64,000 nt of DNA, from the IMG/VR virus record IMGVR_UViG_3300015202_000004, positions 19,943-83,942 of that record, one strand, 5' to 3'. The notes beneath the pieces were generated by a model that ran no database searches, was not told where the DNA came from, and saw only the letters and a program-made list of their open reading frames with translations. Source of the stretch: a virus. Shown in pieces: positions 36,794 through 46,660 of the stretch. The position numbers were made by a program, and so were the translations under genes. How positions within the stretch are numbered: position 1 is the stretch's first letter; the number at the start of each line of letters is the position of its first letter.

Positions 36794-37905
36794 TGGCTTT
36801 TAAACCTTCTTACTAAGTTAAGATACTGTTGAGAAATCTTAGAAAATAAATAATTTTCCGCTAGTAAGCTATTCTGCTCTTGCATAATATCTTTAATTGC
36901 TGGACTATCAAGAATGATAGAACAATTATCTACGATACATTCAACAATTTCATCTTTAGTCATTCGAATTGTTTTTTTAGTTTTCTTTTGTCCTTCTTCT
37001 TCCGGCTTGATTTCGACTTCTTTAAAAGTTGGATATAAGTAAATTCCAGCTTCTTTTTTACACAAGTCATAAGCAAGTTTGGTGTCAGGGGCTACGATTG
37101 CTTTGTTTGCAACAATAGCATCAATTAAAGTTCCCGAATACATATCGTTACTCTCCTTGATGGGAATAACAACTACGTCGGCAACTTTTAGATAGTCTTT
37201 ATATGGGTGCTGGGTATCTAATAAGATTCTGATGTTGCCACCAAGACCCATCATTTGTGATTTAGCATGAATGTCCGCTAAAAGACTTGCACGTTCTTTT
37301 TCTAAGAGTCCAGGATGCGACTTTAAGTACAAAGCGAATATCATGTTACGATATTTCAGTTTTAATCTCTTAGCTGCTTTCAACAAAACTTCATAATCTT
37401 TATCTGCCGTCATCATACTTGGGGACAAGATTATTGGTTGAGCCGATTCCTTTGAAGGAACTTTGTGAATCGTTTGTGGTGGTCGGAAATCCTCTGCCGA
37501 AAGATAGATTAACTTGACCTTGTTCGAATCAATTTCCAGTATTTTCAAGAAATACTTTTGGAAATATTCAGAACAAACGATGATTTTGGAAACCTTATTA
37601 TTTTCAAACGTCTGCTTCATCACGCTTTTGTCTGAATTAAATTCAGTTGGAATGACAAACAATGGGATGCTAACTTTATCTAAGAAAGCGTTCCATTTTT
37701 CTGAAGACCAAGCTTTAAATGAATGAATAACTAACAAGCCATCGTCAGCATTATCCCATTTACGGTGAGCAGCTTCTTCGTAAGAAATTGTTTTAACAAC
37801 TAGCTGCTTAGATTGAAAATTACTAAATAGCTTGTTAATATGAACGGAATAGCTAACGACTAATTCGTTAGCGTCCGATTGGACTAGATATAAATATTTT
37901 ATCAA
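36790..37905 (-). CDS. GT-B glycosyltransferase (GT4-like)
   Basis: K.IIVCSEY, DKDYEVLLKAA..L, ADVVVIP, SGTLIDAI...KAIV. Confidence 0.6.
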   Translation of the reverse strand: MIKYLYLVQSDANELVVSYSVHINKLFSNFQSKQLVVKTISYEEAAHRKWDNADDGLLVIHSFKAWSSEKWNAFLDKVSIPLFVIPTEFNSDKSVMKQTFENNKVSKIIVCSEYFQKYFLKILEIDSNKVKLIYLSAEDFRPPQTIHKVPSKESAQPIILSPSMMTADKDYEVLLKAAKRLKLKYRNMIFALYLKSHPGLLEKERASLLADIHAKSQMMGLGGNIRILLDTQHPYKDYLKVADVVVIPIKESNDMYSGTLIDAIVANKAIVAPDTKLAYDLCKKEAGIYLYPTFKEVEIKPEEEGQKKTKKTIRMTKDEIVECIVDNCSIILDSPAIKDIMQEQNSLLAENYLFSKISQQYLNLVRRFKSQ

Positions 37906-38629
37906 GATAATCCGTAATCTCCGTGAAATCTTTAATTTTGTAAAATTGATTGGCTAATTCTGGTGAGACAGAAATGTCTCCAAGTGATTTTTCCCAATCA
38001 GAAGCTTCGTCGTCGTTAACTTGGATTCCATGAATTCCAGCTTCTAATGCAGGGATAATGTCATTTCGCAAACTATCGCCAACCATTACTGTTTTAGATG
38101 GCTCCAAGTTGTACCTCCTAATTAAATCAAGGTACGTCTGTTTGTTTTTCAAAGCAACAATTTCAGTATAATCAAAATGTTTGCCAAGTCCAGTGATATC
38201 AATCTTATATTGCTGAACGCTGACTTCACCTCTTGTCACGATGATAGTCTTCCATTCGTTCTTTTCTTTAATTTTTCTTAAAGTTTCTTCTACGCCATCA
38301 AAGATTTGGTAGTTCTCAATAAAATATTTGATGCCTGCCATGGCAATGGCGCTCTTGATTTTCTCGTTTGGTTCACGTTTCAAGGTTTCACACATTGAAA
38401 TGTATGTGTCAACATAAGATATGGGAAAATTATGTTTAGAAATACAACCTTGCTCTTTGATTCGTTGAACTTGCAAATCGGTCGCTTGATTGATAATGGT
38501 AGTCGGAGGTGGGCTATTGAAGCCTAAATCCCAACAAATCAATCCGGCCATTTCCAATTGTGGTTGAAAATAAGTATGAGAATTCGCTATTAAGGTATCA
38601 TCTAAATCTACTAGCAGAGTATAATTCAT
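37868..38629 (-). CDS. HAD-family hydrolase
   Basis: LVDLDDTL, VTRG, K, MVGDSLRNDI. Confidence 0.88.
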   Translation of the reverse strand: MNYTLLVDLDDTLIANSHTYFQPQLEMAGLICWDLGFNSPPPTTIINQATDLQVQRIKEQGCISKHNFPISYVDTYISMCETLKREPNEKIKSAIAMAGIKYFIENYQIFDGVEETLRKIKEKNEWKTIIVTRGEVSVQQYKIDITGLGKHFDYTEIVALKNKQTYLDLIRRYNLEPSKTVMVGDSLRNDIIPALEAGIHGIQVNDDEASDWEKSLGDISVSPELANQFYKIKDFTEITDYLDKIFISSPIGR

Positions 38630-39429
38630 GCATTAATCATCCTTACAAAACTGTCTGTTTCAATTCCTACCAGTTGAATTCCATTGCAATTAATTAAAAA
38701 AGCAGGACTCTTACCTAGATGATTATAGTTTACGTCTTCAATATGAAGAGCAATTGCCGACTTTTTCAATAAAACGCTTTTAGCATCTTCTTGGGTAGGT
38801 AAGATTGGAGCCGACATAAATGTATCAATAAATTCATCTTCGTCCATGTTAAATTTATCAAATAAATCTAAAGGAGCGATAATAATAAGTTTTATGGGCG
38901 TACCATCTTGGTCCAGGCAAACTTCCATTAGCGGTGTTTTATCAACGCTATAAGCTTCGTTTTTGATTTTATTCCAAGTTTGTAGAGTTAATCTATACTC
39001 TTGGGCATCAGTAAACTTAGCCTCTGCAAGATATTCGTTGGTCTTTACGTCGCCTTTATGAAAACCAAAGGCTCCACTTCCAGGAGTAACTTTGCCGTTT
39101 AACTTTTTAGCCAACGTTTTCTCTTGAGTCTGGGACGCTTTTTTACGATATTTTTTAACTACTTTTTCTTCGTGATAAAAATAAGCGACTTTCTTCAAAT
39201 TATATTGCTCCAAGGCATCTGCCCCGGCATCATCAAATTTAACGTAGTCGATAATTTCACGACAGATAAGGGGTGCAAGTGAGTCGCTTAATTGATAAAT
39301 GCCGCCAACTTCCAAAAGAACATCTACGATGCCAATTGGGTCCGATGCGAAAACACAAAGCGTTTTCTTACATCCGTTAGTGCTTCTACCGTTAATACGG
39401 GCACTTGCCCCCTTTTCTAGTTCGTCCAT
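38626..39429 (-). CDS. PD-(D/E)XK resolvase-like nuclease
   Basis: QE..LAK.L.G..TPGSGA...KGDV....LAEAK. Confidence 0.7.
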   Translation of the reverse strand: MDELEKGASARINGRSTNGCKKTLCVFASDPIGIVDVLLEVGGIYQLSDSLAPLICREIIDYVKFDDAGADALEQYNLKKVAYFYHEEKVVKKYRKKASQTQEKTLAKKLNGKVTPGSGAFGFHKGDVKTNEYLAEAKFTDAQEYRLTLQTWNKIKNEAYSVDKTPLMEVCLDQDGTPIKLIIIAPLDLFDKFNMDEDEFIDTFMSAPILPTQEDAKSVLLKKSAIALHIEDVNYNHLGKSPAFLINCNGIQLVGIETDSFVRMINA

Positions 39430-40655
39430 TAGCTCTCTTCTTTGTTCGCTTCGTCGGCAATTCTTTCAAGTTCTTCATCCGAGAATAGAACGCCGTCGTC
39501 GTCTTCATTAACTGGAATTGCCAAAGCCTCTTGGATTTCTTGGGCCTTTTCATACGGGTTGTACTGATAAATTGCACTTCCCATTTTTTCGCGTAGCAAT
39601 TTCTCGCATAGCGCATAGATTCCGGTCGAAGGGTCAACTAAAGCTTCAAGCATAGCTTGCTTGCCTTTATACTTAACACCATTCACTTCATAAGTGAGAT
39701 TATTAGGACGCTGAATGAAACCTTCTTTAATGCCGATTTTCATTATTGAATTGTAGTTATCAAGCATTGGTCCATAAGCAATGAACTGGTCGCTGATACC
39801 TGCTCTGCCGAGTTTATTCTTATCAAATTTAAACTCGTATTGGCTACCAACGATTTCGTCATTTTCATCACGAATTTCGTTTGTCTTACCAAGTAGTTGA
39901 CGTGTTGCCAAAGTCAGGGAAGATGCGAACTTAATTGCTCGCCCGCCCGTGACGGTGTTTGGATTACCGTACATACCAGCGTTCAGGTTGTCACGAAGCT
40001 GAGTGATAACCAATAGGAGCGTTCCGGCCTTAGCCATACGTCCGAGGTTGTTGCGAAGCCACTGTGAAATTTTACGCTGGGCTACACCCATAGCTTCAGT
40101 TTCAATACCTGCCGCTTCAACGCCCTTGTCATCTGCATACATTTCTTTTCTGACCGACAAGGTGTTTAGCGAGTCAAGAACAACAACGTCGATACCTTCG
40201 AGTACGCAGGTCGTCATTTGGTTGTAAGCTTGTTCTGCGGTTTCTGGTTCTAGAATTAAAAGTTGTTCTAAATCTACGCCATGAGCCTTGGCCCATTTCG
40301 GGTCAAACGTGCGCTCTGCGTCCACGTAAGCGGCTGTTCCGCCTAGTTTCTGAGCCTCTGCGATAGTGCGTAGGCAAATTGTTGACTTCCATGAGGATTC
40401 TGCACCAGCCAATAGGACTACACGCCCTCTTGGGAAACCGCCACGAAGACGATAATCCAAGGATAGAATGCCAGAAGGAATTAATACAATTCCCTTCTTC
40501 TTGGATGCCAATTCAACCTTGTTGCCATTTACGCCCAATTTAGAATTGAGCTTATTTGCAATTTGTGATAGAGTCTTTTTAACTGGTGCAAGCGAATCCA
40601 TTTCCACTTTTTGCACGAGTTTTTCCGATGCTGTTTTCTTTTCTGCTTTAGCCAT
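39429..40655 (-). CDS. recA: RecA/UvsX recombinase
   Basis: SG..SLD..L.GGFPRGR, GAESSWKS, VDAE..FDP.WA..GVD, VVLDS, TGGRAIKF. Confidence 0.93.
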   Translation of the reverse strand: MAKAEKKTASEKLVQKVEMDSLAPVKKTLSQIANKLNSKLGVNGNKVELASKKKGIVLIPSGILSLDYRLRGGFPRGRVVLLAGAESSWKSTICLRTIAEAQKLGGTAAYVDAERTFDPKWAKAHGVDLEQLLILEPETAEQAYNQMTTCVLEGIDVVVLDSLNTLSVRKEMYADDKGVEAAGIETEAMGVAQRKISQWLRNNLGRMAKAGTLLLVITQLRDNLNAGMYGNPNTVTGGRAIKFASSLTLATRQLLGKTNEIRDENDEIVGSQYEFKFDKNKLGRAGISDQFIAYGPMLDNYNSIMKIGIKEGFIQRPNNLTYEVNGVKYKGKQAMLEALVDPSTGIYALCEKLLREKMGSAIYQYNPYEKAQEIQEALAIPVNEDDDGVLFSDEELERIADEANKEES

Positions 40656-41235
40656 TGTTTACATGCTTCCTTTTGCTTGCTGCAACCATTGCTGAGAATG
40701 TAGATGCTCCGTCAAAGAACGTCAAATCTAGTTCGAATGCTTTAAGCTGTCTTGATGCGATTTCTTGTGCAGTTTTTAAATTCTTCATCGTAGTTTCACA
40801 AATGTTAATAAGACCTTCTTCAAGTTCAATCATATAATTGATACCTTGCGTACAGTCGTTTGCCTTTGCGTTCCTAATGTCTGCTGAACCACCCTGCATC
40901 AAGGGTAACAACGCATTCATTAACATGTTGCGAGTTGCCTTTTGCTTGGTGATGTTGCGGAGAGCGCCTGTATAGATTTCGGTTACACGACTTAACTTGC
41001 GCTGAGTCGCAGCCAATACTACCTGAATTTGGATATGGTCAGGCGTCGATGCTAATTTTATATCGTCACTATTTGTGTATTCGTTAATAATTTCTTTTTC
41101 AAGTTCATCAATTTCTTCTTCACGGTCTGCGAATTGTTCCATTAATGAATCGTTCTCTTTGCGAGCAGCGGCGATAACCTTGCTTAATAGCTCTGGATTA
41201 TCACTTGTTACTCCTGTTGCTTTTGTCGTTGCCAT
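40648..41235 (-). CDS. Helical protein next to RecA (possible UvsY-like mediator)
   Basis: All-helical composition; position beside recA; function inferred only from context. Confidence 0.4.
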   Translation of the reverse strand: MATTKATGVTSDNPELLSKVIAAARKENDSLMEQFADREEEIDELEKEIINEYTNSDDIKLASTPDHIQIQVVLAATQRKLSRVTEIYTGALRNITKQKATRNMLMNALLPLMQGGSADIRNAKANDCTQGINYMIELEEGLINICETTMKNLKTAQEIASRQLKAFELDLTFFDGASTFSAMVAASKRKHVNNG

Positions 41236-41716
41236 TTAATTTAGCTCCACATATTCCTATTAATATTGCATCGGACTGGTCAAAGCCTTTTGTTGCTAAT
41301 GGCCTACCGAATCTATCTTCTAGTATAGTACAAATCGCTGCCGACTTAGTACCACCTTTTCCCTCACCTAGAACTGTTTTACGAGCGCTTGATGATGGTA
41401 TGGCGACTATTTTCTGAATACCAAAATTTAAACAAGTTACCTCACAAACTCCACGAATTCTCGATAGAGATTTATAAGTTAATTTATTCATCGCATAGAT
41501 ATCTTCAATATAACACACTTCGGGCTGGAATTCAAGCATAATGGTCGTAAGTGCGTCATATAAAGTTTTGATATACTGAAGCGGATTCGATTTCTTTTTA
41601 TCTTTCGATAAGATAATTTCTCCGAATGCTAAAAGTTTTAAATTATTTACATCAGTTGAGTCTATAATAGACCAACCAGTTACCTGTGATGAAGCGTCAA
41701 GGCCAAGGATTACCAT
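41201..41716 (-). CDS. RuvC-like Holliday junction resolvase (second copy)
   Basis: ILGLDAS...TGWS, YIEDIY, DQSDAILI. Confidence 0.8.
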   Translation of the reverse strand: MVILGLDASSQVTGWSIIDSTDVNNLKLLAFGEIILSKDKKKSNPLQYIKTLYDALTTIMLEFQPEVCYIEDIYAMNKLTYKSLSRIRGVCEVTCLNFGIQKIVAIPSSSARKTVLGEGKGGTKSAAICTILEDRFGRPLATKGFDQSDAILIGICGAKLNGNDKSNRSNK

Positions 41717-41753
41717 AATAAATCTCCTTTAAAAAGGTTCAATATTATGGTAA

Positions 41754-41790
41754 TACAAAAAAAGGCGTCACCTTAGTGGTGACGCCTTTA
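41754..41790 (-). terminator. Strong intrinsic terminator after the SSB gene
   Basis: AAAAGGCGTCACC-ttagt-GGTGACGCCTTTT 13-bp inverted repeat with T-runs on both sides. Confidence 0.88.
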
Positions 41791-41796
41791 TGTTAT

Positions 41797-42672
41797 TTAA
41801 GCCTTATGCTTTTTCAAGGTCTTGAAGAACTCTTTGTTGTCGTCGTCTTCGTCATCATCATCATCTTCGTCGGCAACTGCTACTGAAGCAGGTTTGGACT
41901 TAACGGTTGGAAGACTGGAAAGAATGTCTTCGTCGCTTTCAGCTTTGCTACCACCACCGAGGAATTCGTTAATGGTACTCTTTACGTCAGCTACTTCTGC
42001 ATCGCCCGTTGTTGAAGTCATCGCTTGCATGCGGTTGAATTCAGCTTCGTCGTATGCTGGTTCGATATCAAGAAGATTTGGCTTGTCCATGATTAGAACC
42101 TTATCGGCCTTCGTCAGTGGGGAAGCTTCATCAGTTACTGGCTCTACAATGTAGGCAATCTTTGATTTGCCAGCCGTCATGGTCTTGACCATCGAAATCA
42201 TGTAATCGCGGTCGCCCAGGGTGCCATTTTCCTTACGGTACGCATTCAAGGTTGTCCACAAGAATGGTGAGAACTTGAACGCTTTAAGGGTATCAGTTCC
42301 TTCAGTAGGGATTCTCTTTGTTTCTGGGTCAGGGTCTTTTGCATCGCGTTCGATTACTTGCATAATGAACTTGTTTGCGAAGTTGTTCTCTAGTACGTCG
42401 GCGTTTTTGCCAGCCTTTACCTTACAAATGATGCAAGTTGAAGGACCATCGTTCATGAAGTCTGGGCACGAGAATGCCCGGCTCCAGGTATTGTTGAACT
42501 TAACGTAGTGTTCCGAATAGCTTAAAATTGATTGTGCATCACCATCTACGGTGACAAAGCGAATCTGCTTTGCTGGTGCGTCTGCCTTAACTGAAAGGTA
42601 GTTATAGCGCGTAGTCTTCTTTTGTGAATTTTCCGCCGTTGTATCTGCAATATCAAAACCTAATTTACCCAT
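41797..42672 (-). CDS. Single-stranded DNA-binding protein (T4 gp32-like)
   Basis: IRF......Y.EHY, CP.....C..C, VIERD, GDRDY.I, acidic C-terminal tail; start at ATG after AAGGA. Confidence 0.75.
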   Translation of the reverse strand: MGKLGFDIADTTAENSQKKTTRYNYLSVKADAPAKQIRFVTVDGDAQSILSYSEHYVKFNNTWSRAFSCPDFMNDGPSTCIICKVKAGKNADVLENNFANKFIMQVIERDAKDPDPETKRIPTEGTDTLKAFKFSPFLWTTLNAYRKENGTLGDRDYMISMVKTMTAGKSKIAYIVEPVTDEASPLTKADKVLIMDKPNLLDIEPAYDEAEFNRMQAMTSTTGDAEVADVKSTINEFLGGGSKAESDEDILSSLPTVKSKPASVAVADEDDDDDEDDDNKEFFKTLKKHKA

Positions 42673-42784
42673 TATATTTTCCTTATTTTTCATAGTTTGT
42701 AATGTTTTGTCATAAGCCAGTTTGTTTACTGGTCTATATACATGATAGTCTATCGTCATCTATTTTAGAAATCGTTTTTCCCTA

Positions 42785-42813
42785 TTGTTCTTTTCCGCCG
42801 CCTCGACTATAAT
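42785..42813 (+). promoter_or_regulatory. Promoter of the replication operon
   Basis: TTGTTC-17-TATAAT, then SD AAGGAG. Confidence 0.65.
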
Positions 42814-42837
42814 GGTCGTTAAGGAGTTATTGAAACA

Positions 42838-43593
42838 ATGCAAGTGAACATTTCTGGTGAACAAGAACGATGGTTATCTGAAGCTGCCGCAATTAGTGGG
42901 CGCAGTGCCGAAGCACTTCTGAAAAGTATACTCGGTTCGTACATAAAAAACAACCCCCTAGAGGTAAAAGAAAAAGCTAAGGACCCTGATTGGCTTCCTA
43001 GCCAAGGGGAAATTGTTTCTGACGCAATAATCAATTACTTCAAAGAGATTTACAAGCGTAAGTTTGAAATTGATAGTGATGAGAAATTCGATAAGAAACT
43101 CGTCGCCACGGTCTTTGACAAAATCAACGCTTCAGTAGAAGACTACAAAACGGTATTAAATATTCTTCAGAAAGCCATCGTTTGGTATATTTATCAACAT
43201 GATAACACAAGTAAAGAAGGAAATCAATTCCCTTACTTGCTTAGGATTCTCTTCGAGCAAGATTGGTTGCTCAAGTCATGTATTGAAGCTTCGAGGTCCA
43301 CAAACCTAGAGCTTCTTCTAAAGGCACAAGAAAAGAACATGACGACCAAGGAATTGTCCAGGGCTATTCGAAGAGGCGACGTTACCGGGGCCGAAACAGG
43401 CGATAATATTCCGGCATTACTTGAAGATGCATTAATCAAGGTGGAACTGTTTGTAAAGAAATTCGACCTTGATGGGAGATTACTAAAGAAGAGTCCTAAA
43501 CTGAAAGAGCTTTATACTTCAGAATTACCTTCGGCTGCGTACATTCGCAAGGCTTTACAGTATCTGGAGAAATCAGAAAAGGACGCTGAATGA
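42838..43593 (+). CDS. Hypothetical protein upstream of the helicase loader (possible replication initiator)
   Basis: ORF with SD, overlaps the DnaC-like gene; function from context only. Confidence 0.5.
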   Translation: MQVNISGEQERWLSEAAAISGRSAEALLKSILGSYIKNNPLEVKEKAKDPDWLPSQGEIVSDAIINYFKEIYKRKFEIDSDEKFDKKLVATVFDKINASVEDYKTVLNILQKAIVWYIYQHDNTSKEGNQFPYLLRILFEQDWLLKSCIEASRSTNLELLLKAQEKNMTTKELSRAIRRGDVTGAETGDNIPALLEDALIKVELFVKKFDLDGRLLKKSPKLKELYTSELPSAAYIRKALQYLEKSEKDAE

Positions 43594-44327
43594 GTAAGAT
43601 TTTTAATAATCAAATTATACTACCACCCTGCACGGATTGCACTGGAGATTCGTGGCAAAGAAACGACAAAAATCAGATAATTCAAATTGAAGGTATCGAC
43701 CAAAGATGTAATTGTTATTATGCTAATAGATATTTAGACGCCAATATTGGATATGATTACTGGTTTGTCGAACCGGATAACTTCCAGGGTGACCCAGATG
43801 ATTTAATCCAGGTCCAGAAATACTTTGATAAAATTGATGATTTAAAAGTCCAAGGTCGTGGATTTTATATCTATGGACCAGACTACGGAACGGGTAAAAC
43901 AACATTAGGAACGATGTTCTTAAAGCGCGTTCTAAGTACTACAAACTATACAGGGCTATTTGTACCGTTCTCGGATTTAGTTGTTCTCAATACAAAATTG
44001 ATGAATGGCTCATTCGATAAAATGGTAGACGAAAAGATTGACGTTATCAAAAATGTTGATTTTCTAATGCTTGATGATTTGGCAAAAGAGTACGATAGTC
44101 AACGGGATAATGGTCGCGCCACTCTAAATTCAATCCTTAGATATCGGGACTTGTGGTGCAAGCCGACAATTTATACGGCCAACGTACCTATCACCCAGGT
44201 TTCAGATTTATATGGTGGCTCGAACTACTCAATTATCGCGGGCCGTTCTATCATGGTAAATATGCAGAACACCGAAGACTTTAGACGAACACGAAAAATT
44301 AATTTACTAATAAAAGAAAGAGATTAG
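43590..44327 (+). CDS. DnaC/IstB-like helicase loader ATPase
   Basis: CxxC..C N-terminus, GPDYGTGKT, LMLDDLAKE, YR.....PTIYTAN. Confidence 0.85.
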   Translation: MSKIFNNQIILPPCTDCTGDSWQRNDKNQIIQIEGIDQRCNCYYANRYLDANIGYDYWFVEPDNFQGDPDDLIQVQKYFDKIDDLKVQGRGFYIYGPDYGTGKTTLGTMFLKRVLSTTNYTGLFVPFSDLVVLNTKLMNGSFDKMVDEKIDVIKNVDFLMLDDLAKEYDSQRDNGRATLNSILRYRDLWCKPTIYTANVPITQVSDLYGGSNYSIIAGRSIMVNMQNTEDFRRTRKINLLIKERD

Positions 44328-44335
44328 ACAAAAAC

Positions 44336-44839
44336 ATGGCAACTTATGTAGTATCAGATGACATTCGCGTTATGGCTCGCAATATTCAGCGTAGATATAC
44401 ACACAATTTCGGCGATTTGAATCTTGACAAGATTGTATTCTTGAAAGAAATGGAATCCCCATCGAAGACCAAGGTAGCAATCACCAAGCAAATCGAAGCT
44501 GCAACCAAGGTTATTTACGGCCAGCATGATTATATTATCATCATTTTCCAAAAGCGTTGGGAAGAGCTAGTACCCGCACAGAAGCATCTATATGTCATGC
44601 AGCAATTGCTTAAGTGTAAGTGGGACGGCGATGGCCTCCGCAAGTATGACGTAGAAGATTTCTACGAATTGAACGCAGCATTCGGTGCTGATTGGCAGTA
44701 TAACGAGCAAGTTCGCGACCCGTTGGGTGCTGAAACTGTAGCACTTATACCGAAGCCAATTCCGGTTGAAGCAAGCGACGACGAAGCCGACGACGATGAT
44801 GCCTTAGACGGCTTGGTAATCGACCCAGAACAAGATTAA
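44336..44839 (+). CDS. Phage metallopeptidase-like protein with degenerate active site
   Basis: DYIIII...W..L...QK.L...LL.C...YDVEDF; expected HELxH appears as QQLLK. Confidence 0.5.
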   Translation: MATYVVSDDIRVMARNIQRRYTHNFGDLNLDKIVFLKEMESPSKTKVAITKQIEAATKVIYGQHDYIIIIFQKRWEELVPAQKHLYVMQQLLKCKWDGDGLRKYDVEDFYELNAAFGADWQYNEQVRDPLGAETVALIPKPIPVEASDDEADDDDALDGLVIDPEQD

Positions 44840-44843
44840 GAGA

Positions 44844-45194
44844 ATGAGGATTACACATAAAGATTGGCTATACTCTAAATTAAAAGAATTAACATCTTTG
44901 TCGGGTGTAATACCGGAAAATAAGCCTTGTCAGATTTGGCAGTGGTCTAAATTAAAAAATGGTTATGGTTATACACACGTTTTAAACAAAAAAACTTACG
45001 TTCATAGATTGGCTTTAGAATTCAAACTTGGTCGTTTAATTAAAAATGGTTTAGATGTTTGCCATGAACCATGGTGTCATAATCGCGCTTGTTTTGAACC
45101 AGACCATCTTAGAGAAGATACTCGCTCTGGAAATATGAAAGATACCGTTACTAATGGAACGGCTCCTCGTGAGACGAAGAAAAGAGGAAATTAA
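44844..45194 (+). CDS. HNH homing endonuclease (intact)
   Basis: CQIW....NGYG, HRLA, VCH..CHNRAC..PDHL...T..GN..D. Confidence 0.85.
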   Translation: MRITHKDWLYSKLKELTSLSGVIPENKPCQIWQWSKLKNGYGYTHVLNKKTYVHRLALEFKLGRLIKNGLDVCHEPWCHNRACFEPDHLREDTRSGNMKDTVTNGTAPRETKKRGN

Positions 45195-45195
45195 A

Positions 45196-46653
45196 ATTAA
45201 TACAGAATATTCTTTAATCCAATTATTGTTGCGTGAACCGCACAAAACGGTAGACCTTCAACGCAAAGGAATTCGTGCTAAGTACTTTAAAAACAAAAAG
45301 CTTGGCAAAGCATATAAGCTGATTTACGACCGTCATACTAATCTTCAATCTTTACCAACGGAAGAAGAGCTAACTAGATTAGATGTAAAACTGGAATCAG
45401 AAGAGATTCCACATACGGTTAACCATCTAATTGAAAACATTTTAGAAGAATATAATAAAAACTTCATGAAAGACGTTATTCGCGCATCGAGTGAAGCGGT
45501 AACGGAACATGGGCCAAATGCGGCTAGAGATATTCTTCTAAAGGGTGTTCAGCTTCTTGCTGATATTGAAAAAAGTGAGCGCAGCAAGAACATTGTAGAT
45601 ATCAATGAAGAAGTCATGCAGCGATATCTTGACCGAGCCCAGCATAAGGGACAAATTACAGGTATCCCTACAGGCTTTCATATCTTCGATAATCATACTA
45701 TGGGATTGCAACCTCAGTGGTTAGTTTGTATTGCTGGTCGTAATGCATCTTTTAAAACATGGGTGCTTACAAACTGGGCACTAAATGCATGGCGCAGAGG
45801 CAACAACGTCTTAGTATTTTCTTGCGAAATGTCCGTTCCAGAATTGGCAATTCGTGTTCATGCTTTGGCTGCAAACGTTCCACCTACCAAGGTACAACAT
45901 GGTATTTTAGATGATATTGAATTAGACCGTTTTACTAATCACTTGGAAGCGGCTAAGTCTGCGCCATTTGGTAAATTGATTATCAACGATGACCCTAAGA
46001 GCATCGCTGACATTGATGACCAGATTGCTGAGATTTCCCAAGACGTTGCCCCAGATATCATATTCATCGACTCAGCATATTTGATGGAAGGTAAAGGCGA
46101 ATCTGATACCTCAAGGCAACGCGATATTGCAAAACAAGCTAAACTATTAGCTAAGAAATATAATATTCCCGTGGTCTGTACGGTTCAGCTTAATCGAGAT
46201 TTTGCTAAGGCAAACGCGGGTAAAGAGAAAACAACTGGTGGCGGATACTTTGTTTCTGGTACAGATGGATGGAACCAAGATTCGGATATCGTTCTGATGT
46301 TGAATCGTCCAGAAGTTTATCAGGCATATGACTATTCTGATTTTATTCTAGATAAGTTTCGTCATGGTCCACAAGGCGTCAATTACATTTTAGAAATAAA
46401 TTTACAGGTTCCTAAGATTGAACAAATCGACTTTGAGACGGCTAAGGCCCGAATCGTAGGGGCACCGCCTCCTTCGACTCAAAAGGGACAAAAAGTATTT
46501 GATATGGCTAAACAGGTTTTTCAAACAAATGAAAGCGCAGTTGCCAACGACGTACTGCAAACTTTTAAAGAACATCAAGAACGATTGAAGACCCGAAGCG
46601 AAAACCAAATCGTAGATGACAAAAATAATGAAAGACCTTCTGAAGAAGCGTAA
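45196..46653 (+). CDS. dnaB: DnaB-like replicative helicase (probable ATT start; tracked ATG at 45154)
   Basis: GIPTGF..FD, AGRNASFKT, SCEM, IIFIDSAY, TVQLNR, QDSD.VL, KFRHGP; SD GAGG 8 nt before ATT 45196. Confidence 0.88.
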   Translation: MNTEYSLIQLLLREPHKTVDLQRKGIRAKYFKNKKLGKAYKLIYDRHTNLQSLPTEEELTRLDVKLESEEIPHTVNHLIENILEEYNKNFMKDVIRASSEAVTEHGPNAARDILLKGVQLLADIEKSERSKNIVDINEEVMQRYLDRAQHKGQITGIPTGFHIFDNHTMGLQPQWLVCIAGRNASFKTWVLTNWALNAWRRGNNVLVFSCEMSVPELAIRVHALAANVPPTKVQHGILDDIELDRFTNHLEAAKSAPFGKLIINDDPKSIADIDDQIAEISQDVAPDIIFIDSAYLMEGKGESDTSRQRDIAKQAKLLAKKYNIPVVCTVQLNRDFAKANAGKEKTTGGGYFVSGTDGWNQDSDIVLMLNRPEVYQAYDYSDFILDKFRHGPQGVNYILEINLQVPKIEQIDFETAKARIVGAPPPSTQKGQKVFDMAKQVFQTNESAVANDVLQTFKEHQERLKTRSENQIVDDKNNERPSEEA

Positions 46654-46660
46654 AAAATGA

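Noticed and set aside
42673-42759. N-terminal extension of SSB, and other long tracked starts (34539, 36546, 58543, 59750)
   Set aside because: Better SD-supported downstream ATGs exist and the extensions overlap neighbouring genes or regulatory DNA.
39429-46653. Inactive RecA and DnaB because of odd Walker A motifs (SWKS, SFKT)
   Set aside because: T4 UvsX has a similar SFKS variant; the Lys-Ser/Thr and downstream motifs are intact.
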